This document shows, piece after piece, positions 53,596 to 64,000 of a stretch of 64,000 nt of DNA. A program made the position numbers and the translations under genes. The notes beneath the pieces were generated by a model that saw nothing but the letters and a program-made list of their open reading frames with translations, did not search any database and was not told where the DNA came from. How positions within the stretch are numbered: position 1 is the first letter of the stretch; each line of letters begins with the position of its first letter. The stretch is taken from positions 41,230,001-41,294,000 of the forward strand of contig NC_043000.1 of NCBI RefSeq assembly GCF_006345805.1. Reading direction: 5' to 3'. This DNA comes from Octopus sinensis (lineage: Eukaryota).

Positions 53596-54938
53596 ATCCA
53601 CATCTGGGTGGTACATTTACTTAATGTTCTTCCTGCAGGTAAGATGAAAGTTTTTATGTCCGCCGCCTGCAAACATCTTTGTCAGTATATATATATAAAC
53701 AGTAAAGCTTTACTATACCGTTGTATGTTATAGTCTGCTATTTCCAATAAATACTGGTGCATTGTTGTACCACTATCCTATATTTATGTTCCTGTCGTAA
53801 GGCTTCACTTCCACACACACCAGCTTAATTTAATTTCTCCTTAGTCGAAAGACACCTGTTGTTAATGGTCTGTTGTTTGTATTTATAATAGTGTATCATT
53901 TCTCCGTGTTTTCTTTTTCGTCCTTGTTTTCGTATACATACGCTTACTTTCTTCCAAAAAATCTAGTGCTCTTAACTTAGATATTCTCGAGGCCGGCCAG
54001 ACTGGAGCTGTCTCGAGTTTACTGGCCAAAATGGCAACGTTGATCTGGAACTTGACTGAAGAAAGAAAGCTCTGATTGACCCGTCCTTGTTTTTTCCTGT
54101 CCTTTTTTGTATCGTCTAAGTATCCGGATGCTTTGTTAGCATTCTTGTTCCATTTTATATATAAATGCATATAGCAGCTTACCTACACTTTTGGCCTCCT
54201 GTATGTAAGTATATATATATATATATAAATTCTGTATGACCATTTTACTCATTCTTTTAGCCCATTTCACACTTTCTTCGTTCTTTCCATTTTCTTTTTC
54301 TCGCTCTCCCTCTCTCACACTTCTTGGCCTTCTCTTCATTCTCATCACTTTCCCTCCTCCTTTACCTCAATCTGTCCGTTTCCTTTCTTTTTCTCTCTTT
54401 CTCGTCCCTCCTTAATTCTTCAGTCCCTATCTCTCTGCTTCCTACCTCTCTCTTCTCCTTCCATGTGTCCGGTGTTCCGCCAAGCCTGACCTTTCTTTCT
54501 TGGTTCGACTACCATCCGTGTAGTATCTCTTATATTCCTTCCCATGACTTTCATCTCTTATGTTCTTGCCCTAAGGCTTCACTTTCATACATGCCAGCTT
54601 AATTTAATTCGTCCTTAGTCGAAAGACACCTGTTGTTGATGTCCTGTTGTTTGTATTTGTAATTGAGTACCGTTTCTCCGTTTTTTTTGTCCTTGTTTTC
54701 GTATACATTCGCTTGATTTCTTCCAAAGAATCTAGTGCTCTTAGCTTAGATTTTCTTGGGGCCAGCCAGATTGGAGCAGTCCCGAGAGTAACCGGCCGAA
54801 ACTGCAACGACGATCTGGAACTCGACTGAAGAAAGAAAGCTCTGAATGACCCGTCCTTGCTTTTTTCTGTCCTTTTTTTGTATCATCTAACCGTCTGAAT
54901 GTTTTGTTGTTGTCTGTTACGTTCTTGTTCTATTATCT

Positions 54939-55024
<86 letters not shown>

Positions 55025-56314
55025 TATTTTATTTGTAATCATATATCTCAATCTATCAGTATTTATATCCTTGATAATAAGAGCATTCCTCACCTCTACA
55101 GAATGACTACAACTAGTATCATTTTATTTTCTAACATTGTTACTCCACTATATAGCTAGATAGCAAAAACTGAACATTACTGTCTTAGCCCGACCATGTC
55201 CATGAAAAGACCATATCAAACTTCAGCACAATGGCTGGAGAATATCTGACCTATATACTATGCTAATATGGTATTGGGTGTTGACCTGATTACAAAACAC
55301 TAATGTTTTAGACTACCTCTCTTCCAAATTTGGCAGTACAATGCCTCTACGTCTAGCAAGTGACTCCTATACTATCCCCTTACCTACTTCCGCTCTTTTG
55401 TAACTTGCCTTCCTCTGTTCTCTGTGCTACTTGAATATTTCCACCTTTTTCTTCTACCTTTCCCATATAATAGCCATTCCTGCAGTGCCCTGCTTGTTAT
55501 TATCAGAAATGGTTCCGACTAAAGTAGCATTAATTTTCTTATGTCGTTCAATTTTCCTCAACTGAACAATTGGCCAATTGAGTAAGCCTGTCAGTAATGT
55601 ACTTATAATGACTACTGGAAACAGCTGTGAGCCAAATTTATTCCAATAAAGGAAAAATATGTAATGACCATTATTTTAAACTTTGCTTCTTATATAGCAC
55701 CAGTTTATCTGAGCCCATCCACGGATTTACAATATAGAATTGTGATGAACCATAACCAGAATCCAACCAAAAGATTACCTGGAGTTCTTGACTAATCTAC
55801 GTAATGTTGTTAGCCTGGTGTGCCATCTGATAGCTTATGAAGTTTCTGCCTGAATTGATAATCCCTCTTTATTTGTTGTATGTGTGTGTGTGCATATGTG
55901 TGTGTTTGTCGTTGCTATTATGTTAAACTGTCGTATGTCCAAATTTAGCCAAAAGTGTTGTTTTTTTTTTTTCAATATTTAATTTTGATTGCAATAGCCG
56001 CTTCTTTTGCTTAAACTATCGTGTCTCCAGCTACTTCAGATGAAAATTGTCAAAGTGTAGTACAACGGTTTAACATTCTTTAAATGTGTAATACGTCCCA
56101 CATACAACAGTTTTGCAAAAATATTTCTGACTGAAAATATCATACATGCATGGAGGTACGATTTTATGCGCCTAGCAAAGTATTATTGTTAAGCTAAAAC
56201 TGTTACTAGTGTAAAAAGAAATGGAATAGTGAAACTAGTTTTCGTTTTCTGAAAAAGCAATGTTTTGGTTTTAGAACACTTTTGCATAATAGAAAAGATA
56301 TACATATATATTTA

Positions 56315-56355
<41 letters not shown>

Positions 56356-56895
56356 ATGTATGTATGTATGTATGTATGTATGTATGTATGTATGTATATA
56401 TATATATATAATATATATATATATATATAATATATATAATATATATATATATATTATATATATATATATATGTATGTATGTAAGTATGTATGTATGTATG
56501 TATATATGTATGTATGTGTATTTACAGTTATATGAAAGAGAATCGTCTAGTTGTTTTGGTCTAATCAGATACTGTGTAGACAACAGGTGATTAATGCTAA
56601 ACCAGTTGAAATAAGCTGAGTGCCTCCTAGGAAGATGTGTCCATACTATACGCTGCAACGAAAATATTTCTCAATTATGTAGTCGCCTTTTGCTACTTAA
56701 AGCGTTTAAATTGCATCTCTGCGTGACAGATGTTTGCAGCTCTGTTGGGATGGAGGTGAGTGTATTTGAATCAGAGAGGAATAAGTGTTTAGTGGCATGC
56801 TCGCGGCATAATACCGCTAAGGTAATACGCTATGGTTGACCTTTCAGCCTGTAAAAATAGGCACAAATTCTGGGGCCAGCTGCGATTAAGTAAGC

Positions 56896-56938
<43 letters not shown>

Positions 56939-56962
56939 TAATATTGCGCGCGCGCAAGTTTG

Positions 56963-56998
<36 letters not shown>

Positions 56999-57549
56999 AA
57001 TTGATCTGCATAAAAAAAGTCAACGAGTACTCCATCTAATAAGAGTCCAATATTAATTTATGTATTGTATATAGCTTATATATTTGTATATATTTACATA
57101 TATTTGTATATATTTGCATATATTTGTATATATTTGCATAGCTTCTTGCCAGCAATTTTCTCCAGTTTTGTTTACTTTTAGCTTCAGCTTCCCGAATACA
57201 TTTTTGATTAATTTATTGAGAACACCGCCCTTCGGTAGAGGTTGTAGTATAAGACCCGACGAAAGACTCACTGAATTCTCCTTTGGCGATGATCTGAGAC
57301 CTATTGCGACTTGTTCAATACAGCTAATGATGTTTGACATCAACAATAATGGAATATTCTGAACACTTTCTCAAATTCTCTTCTATCCTAGGCTTATGTG
57401 CATCTAACAAAGATTTAAGATTTTCTCCAAGCTGAGGAATCCTTGAACTGAAAATTAGTATGGTAATCTTGGTTTCAAATTTTGGCACAAGGCCAGCAGT
57501 AATTGACTTAGATTACAACGACTCCGAAACGATGAAAGGCAAAATCGAC

Positions 57550-57918
57550 CTTAGCGGTATTTCGTCTGCCGCTACGTTCTGAGTTCAAATTTCGCCGAGG
57601 TTGACTTTGCTTTTCATCCTTTCGAGGTCAATAAATTAAGTACCAGTTACGCACTGGGGTCGATGTAATCCACTTAATCCGTTTGTCTGTCCTTGTTTGT
57701 CCCCTCTATGTTTAACCCCTTGTGGGCATTAAAGAAATAAGAAACGGTAGCACGCTGGTCGAAACGCTAAGCGGTATTTCGTCTCTCTACATTCTGAGTT
57801 CAAATTCCGCCGAGGTCGACTTTACCTTTCATCCCTTCGGGGTCGATAAATAAAGTACCAGTTGCGTACTGGAGTCGATCTTATCGACTGGCACCTTCCC
57901 CCAAAATTTCAGGCCTTG
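57550..57918 (+). mobile_element. SINE family 1, dimer
   Basis: Two cores and tail. Confidence 0.8.
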
Positions 57919-58826
57919 AAAAAAATATTACAACACCGGAGTTACTGCAGTTCACTGCATGACCTCGATGAACTGTTTACTTATGCAGTGAATAATAGAG
58001 TCTCGACAATAATTTTTAAGTATTCTCGGTTTCGCGTTACTTGCTTCCCGTATAAAATAAACACCGACGTTTTGTGCTTCGCGTTCACTCAATAGTCTAT
58101 ACGCTTCACCTTGTTCAGCTAGTGAGAAACGCTCCGATACTTTTGAGCGGTTTGCCCTTTTCTTGTTTTCGATATAAAAGGGAACACTTTACAGTGTAAC
58201 AAAACGTTTCTTTGCGTTAACGTCATATTTAAAGATTCATTCATGTGAATTGTTCAAACTAGATCCTCTACCATATTTCTTTTGCTTATACTGAGTTAAA
58301 ATTTAGCCGTTTCAACACAGTTTCAGAAATATTCTTCTGCAGATGCAGTGGAACTAGTGAAAATTCATGAAACATATTCAGTTCATCTTAATTCTTGTCA
58401 CTTAAAATATTTTCTGAGCTGATAGTATATAGGGGCAGGAGCGGCTTTGTATTAAGTAGCTTGCTTACCAACCACATAGTTTCGGATTCAGTCCCGCTGC
58501 GTTGCACCTTGGGCAAGTGTCTTCTCAAGCCGACCAAAGCCTTCACAGCAAATTTTGGTTTGTTTGTGCCCTTGTAATCTAGCGGTTCGAGAAAAGAGTT
58601 CAATAAAACAAGTACAGACATACAATAAATAGTGGGGGCGATTTAATTGAGAAAAATCTACAAGGTTGTGCCCCAACACTGCTGCAATGAAATGCGTGCG
58701 AGTATATATGTAGGTCCTTGTGATGTGTGTGAGTGTGTGTGTGTGTCCATGTGTAATGTGTGTGTGTGGTGAACGTGTATCTGTGTATGTATGCTTGTGT
58801 GAATGTGTGTGTATATATATATAAAT

Positions 58827-58879
<53 letters not shown>

Positions 58880-58977
58880 ACGGGAAGCTTTATGAAAATA
58901 AACAAAAGACGAAGGCAGGTGGAAAACAAACGAACAATTGTATTAGTATGGCGCTCAGGAAATATAAATAAAACAAG

Positions 58978-59015
58978 TCTTTAACGTTTCGAGCCTACGC
59001 TCTTCAACAGAAAGA
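58978..59015 (-). ncRNA. Minimal type I hammerhead motif (core CTGTTGA)
   Basis: Minus strand TCTTT CTGTTGA A GAGC gtag GCTC GAAA CG TT AAAGA; palindromic AACGTT. Confidence 0.65.
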
Positions 59016-59549
59016 TACACAGAGAGAGAAAAACACAGAAAGAAGGAGAGAAAAAAATGCGTGCAGTAGCTAACGAATCAACATGGCGATCTGATTTCGG
59101 CCAGAGGTCAAAGATCAAACATGAGACGCGAGAGCGAAATAAGGGGAGATAATAGGGTTGAGGACCAGCTAAAAGTGCGTGGGAGGGGTCTGGATGTGTA
59201 TGTATAGGGTTGGTGTATGTATTAGTATGTATAAGGGTGTGTGTGTGTGTGTGTGTGTGTATGAGAGAGTATTAGTGCGTGGGATTGGTCTGGACGTGCG
59301 TATGTATGGGGTTGGTGTATGTATTAGTATGTATTAGTATGTATTAGTACGTATTGGTATGTATAGGTGTGTGTGGTGTGTGTGAGAGAGTATAAGTGCG
59401 TATGCGGGGTCTGGACGTGTGTATGTATAGGGTTGGTGTAAGTATTAGTATGTACTAGTATGTATTAGTACGTATTAGTATGTATTAGTTGGTGTGTGTA
59501 TTAGTATGGCACATCATATGTGATGTGATGTGTAAAGTCATGTGGTGTA

Positions 59550-59835
59550 GTGAGGAGAAGAGGGGGAGGGGAGAAGAGGGGGAGGGGAGAAGGGGAGGGG
59601 AAGAAGAGGGGGAGGGGAGGGTGAAGAGGAGAGGATGGGGAGAAGGAAGGGGAGGAGAGGGATGAAGGAGGAAAGAGGGAGAGGGGGAGAGAGAAGGGGA
59701 GAGAGGGAGCAGAGGGAAGAGGAAGAGGGAGGGAGAAAGAGGGAAGAAGGGAAGGGGAGTAGGGGTGAAAGGATGAAGGACTGAAGAAGTGGGGGTCGGG
59801 GGGAGAAAGGATAGGTGAGGAGGGGGAGAGGGGGG

Positions 59836-59836
<1 letters not shown>
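59550..59836 (+). repeat. G-rich polypurine tract
   Basis: About 285 nt almost entirely G and A with many G3-G6 runs. Confidence 0.9.
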
Positions 59837-59868
<32 letters not shown>

Positions 59869-60719
59869 TATGAGTAAAAACATTAACATGCACACACATC
59901 GTACGTATTAGTGCGTATTGATATGTGTGCGCGTGTTGTGTGCGCTGTCGTATGTGTATTTCTGTGTTTATCTGTATGCATGTATGCATGTGTGACACAT
60001 TTTAAATAAATCAGCAGTATATATTCAAATGTGCTGTTCATGTTGAAAATGAAATTTATGGTGAAGCAATTTATGTGGCTCAAATTACATTTACATCCGG
60101 TTGTGATTGTGAGAAAATGCAAAGCCGACCCAAGAATCAGAACATACCGACAATATAATACATGTATCTACTTAGCATTTCCTGTCAACGTCAGAAATTC
60201 TTCATAACAAGATTTCAATATGATAATTTAATTTCGATTCTATCGTTATTTCTTGGGGATGAATGTGGGGCAATGCAAGGTGATGTACGATTTTTGTCAT
60301 TCGTGAGTTTTTTTGTTTTTTTTTCGGGGTCGGTTTATTTGTTGTTTCCTACACTCACAACATCATAGAAAAAAGAAATTCTGTTTATTCCGATCGGAAC
60401 TAAATTTGTGTTACTTTCGAATTTCAGTTATTACATGCACGTGTTAAGAATGGTGTTGCTACTTAGCTAGTAGGGTCAGAATAATTAAGGACTATACATA
60501 GAGTTGTTTCTCGTGCTCGAAAGATACAATAAAAATATATTCGTTTTTTACTCTAGGCACAAAGCTCGAAATTTTTGGTGAGGGGGGCCAGTCTCCAGTA
60601 CACAACTGGTACTTAATTTAATGACCCCGAAAAGATGAAAGCACTGATTTTTGCTACAATGTTTCGCATCGAGATGTCAAATGTAAACAAACAAATGAAA
60701 TCGAAGACAAAAATGGATA

Positions 60720-60771
60720 ATGAGTGTATATGCCATATCTCGGGGTTTGTTGCCTCTTCATCAGCACCCAT
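60720..60771 (-). ncRNA. Type I hammerhead motif, decayed (GAGA in place of GAAA)
   Basis: Minus strand ATGGGTG CTGATGA A GAGG caacaaa CCCC GAGA TATG g CATA TA CACTCAT. Confidence 0.6.
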
Positions 60772-61779
60772 CTAGCCCATTCTCGCATCCGAACAATTTG
60801 CTTATATAGCCACCACATACAGGGATGTTAAGTTATTGAATATACGCATTTTGCTGGTGTGTAAGCATTAGGGATTTGTAGTTACATGGAATTTCGTTAT
60901 GCAAACTTAAAGTATACTAAATGTTTTATGTTTATAAGTCAGTACCATGTTCTACTGCGTCAGATCTTATTGTTTGTTTACATCTCGATACGAAACGTTG
61001 TAGCAAAATTCAGTGCTGATTATGATTTCTATAGAGTATCTGTAGAAATAACCGTAACAAAATAATGTAAGAAGCACTGCTGACGCAGTAGAACGTGCTA
61101 CTGACTTATAAAAACAAAAACATTTAGTACATTTTATAGTATGTTAAGTTTGCATAACGAAGTATCGTGCACCTACAAATCATTTATTAGATATTATGTT
61201 ATGTTGAGTTTTTTACTCTCTTTTTGGCTAAGTATGTCTTAGTTTCGTTTTTATGCGCCACGACTTGAATTTATTTACATAAACTTAGGATTTATTGTCA
61301 TTCATGAAGCTAATTATTTCTAACATAATCACAGTCATACGTTTCGGGGCGGATTGGCAAAGTTGAGGAAATTCATTTTCATACTTAATAACTGGTATTT
61401 TATTTGATGCTTCCTGCTATGATGAATTACAGAATTGCTTCAAACAAGATTTTGATTTCACGATGTAAAGGACAATTACAAAATAGCACATGATATTTCA
61501 TCCGAAGCTCTAACGATTTTGCCAGTAGGCCGCTCTTTATGATAATGATAATTGATTCTAATTCAGGTGCATTCCCAGCAATTTTTTTCTTTGGTTGGGT
61601 GAGGTTAGGTGTCATATTGATTGCATACTTGACAGATAATTCATTTTATCAGAGGGATGAAATGCAAAGTTTACCGCAGCCTGATTTGAACACAAAACGT
61701 GAATAGCCATAAATTAAAAACGCAGTATCCGATGCTTTACTGGTAGTGCCATTTCATCTCTCTTATCAATCCTTCCAAC

Positions 61780-62197
61780 TATAGGCACAAGACCTGAAAT
61801 TTTGTGGATTGGGACTTGTCGGTAATATCGATCCCGACGCGCAACTGGTAATTATTTCATCGACCCCGAAAAGATGAAAGGCCAAGTCGACTTCAGTGGA
61901 AACTGAACTCAGAACATGAAGACGAACGAAATGGCGCTAAACATTTTGCCCGTCTCGCTATGCATTTCTGTCAGTTTGCCTTCTTGACAATAACAGTATT
62001 TCTTTCTACCTGAAACTTTGTGGGGAACGAGGTTAGTCTATTACATCGACCCCTGTACTGAAGTTGTACTTGTTTTGCCGACAGCGAAAGCTTGAAATGC
62101 AAAGTCGAGCGCGGAAGAATTTTAACTCAGAACGTAAAGACGGACGAAATGCCACTAAGCATTTTCTCCGGCATGCTATTTAGTCAACTCACTGCCT
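61780..62197 (-). mobile_element. SINE family 1, two diverged copies
   Basis: Reverse-complement cores. Confidence 0.7.
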
Positions 62198-62251
<54 letters not shown>

Positions 62252-62319
62252 AAAGAATAATAAATGCTTCGTCTTATACTTTTCCACTTTTTTCTCTGTC
62301 TCCTCTTCACAATATTCTG

Positions 62320-63060
62320 GTCTTTAGTTTTAGCTATGTCGATGAATGTCCATTCTTTAGACTCTTTCCGTCGGTTATGTTGCAGCTTGTAGGCTGACAC
62401 ATCCCACGTGAGTTTGAGTTTCATACGATCATTCTCTGCTACTGGCAATGATTAATGCTCATATCCTTGCTGGAACATTCTAGCCCATATTTCATGCATA
62501 ACTACCAGTGTATTCGCAAATTTTTCGAGGCGATTTTTTTGTGTGTGCTTCTTTTGAGACAGTTTTGAGTATCCACTAATTATATGTCTAACTGTCTCAG
62601 ATAATTTTTCACATAATCTACACAAAGGTGATACTACTGTCTTGTCAATGCTACACTTGATTGAGTTGGTTCGTAAAGTTTGTTCTTGGGTAGCAAAGGT
62701 CAGTCCTTCTGGCTCCTTTAAAAATCCATGAGTTAACTATCTCCAGAATTCTTCATCAGCTTCATTCAATGTTTGCAGGAAAAAAAAATCCTCGTATAGG
62801 GTTTTCTCTTTCCAGTTGATGTTCTTTTTTATATTATTCGTCACTTTGTACTCTTGAAAGGCCTCATCATTGCCACTGATAACTTTCTCGTTCAATACAG
62901 CCTGCAACATTCTTTCGTCGCTATTTCTCAGTATTTCTAACCTTAACCCTAATTTCTCAGACAGGTATGCAAGGACGTGATCTATTTTTTAACACTATTG
63001 TCTATTCCAACCAATCTTCTTCCACCTTCCTCCCTTCCTAGTACGACGGCAGCTATGCAT
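62320..63060 (-). pseudogene. Decayed C-terminal region of an R4/Dong-type (REL-endonuclease) non-LTR retrotransposon
   Basis: Minus-strand peptides REEGGRRL, LKEPEGLTFATQEQTLRT, SPLCRLCEKLSETVRHIISG (zinc knuckle), VAENDRMKLKLTWD and FIDIA. Confidence 0.85.
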
Positions 63061-63165
63061 AGTCATTATTTTCCTAGTTTTTATGGTCATGCAGACAAAC
63101 TCCTCTTTTATCCATTCCACGAAAGAATGTGTGTAAAAAAACAACAATAACCCAACAACAAAGAC

Positions 63166-63219
<54 letters not shown>

Positions 63220-63672
63220 CCTTTCTACTTCGAGCCCAAAGCCTGAAATTTTGAGGAAGCGGGTAGTTGATTATATAGGCCATCGTACTGGAACTGGTAC
63301 TTATTTTATCGATCCCGAAAGGAGGAAAAGTAAAAATCCGACCTCGGCGAAATTCGAACTCAGAAAGTAAAGATCCGTAACTAGATACCGCAATGCATTT
63401 TGTTCGATGTTGTAATGATCCAAGCACCCCATTGTTCTTCATGTTAATAATAATGGTGATTAGTCGACGCGATGGAAGAACCATTAGCCCACCAGTCAAA
63501 ATGCTTAGTGGCATTTCGTCCGTCTTTACGTTCTGCTTTCAAATTCCCTCGATGTTGACTTTGCTTTTCATCCTTTCGGGGTCGATAAAATAAGTACCAA
63601 CTGTGTACAGGAGTCGATTTAATCGACTAGCTCTCTCCCCTGAAATTACTGGCCTTGTGCCAAAATTTAAAG
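63220..63672. mobile_element. SINE family 1, two diverged copies in opposite orientation
   Basis: Minus copy about 63220-63430, plus copy about 63465-63672. Confidence 0.7.
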
Positions 63673-64000
63673 CCAATAATAATAATGATTTCTAACATAG
63701 GTGCAAGATTATATGTTTCAGGTAGTGGAGATAAATACCAATACATAAATGCTACTGTCACATCGATTAACTTCGAGCACAGGATAGGTCAAAATTTATC
63801 TCTGCAACATTTGAAATAAGAACGTTAACGTTACATGGCTAAAATGGAATGTCTTTTCTTCAGCGACCTACTAATTCTATCATAAAACCGATCTAATAGC
63901 AATCATAAGTATAACTTCTAGCATAACCACAAGGCAAAAAAATTGGAGAGGGAAGGTAGTTGATTAAACCATCCGTATTCCTCTAATACTTTATTTTATC

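Noticed and set aside
55570-55635. GAAA CAGCTG palindrome after a cagta/tactg stem
   Set aside because: Core heptamer not identifiable; at most a badly decayed HHR

Overview
AT-rich, repeat-saturated animal genomic DNA. The SINE families and microsatellite load resemble an octopus or other coleoid cephalopod genome (inference). No intact host protein-coding exon can be supported, and nearly all listed ORFs are microsatellite or repeat translations. Recognisable content: dozens of tRNA-derived SINE copies (three families), a decayed pogo/Tigger-type transposon with a PHD finger, two mariner relics, a non-autonomous Helitron, Helentron-like elements, a MITE, RTE and R4/Dong-type LINE fragments, and a 99-bp tandem array. 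The main signal is a set of minimal type I hammerhead ribozyme (HHR) motifs in several sequence-distinct repeats, mostly next to (TA)n tracts and often arranged as inverted pairs. The best case is a near-identical 356-bp unit (4793-5800, tandem plus inverted) carrying a U3-A8 compensatory-core HHR with a palindromic stem III. It is a candidate retrozyme/Penelope-type system that could yield a 356-nt (circular) RNA. All folds were read by eye; none was computed or tested.
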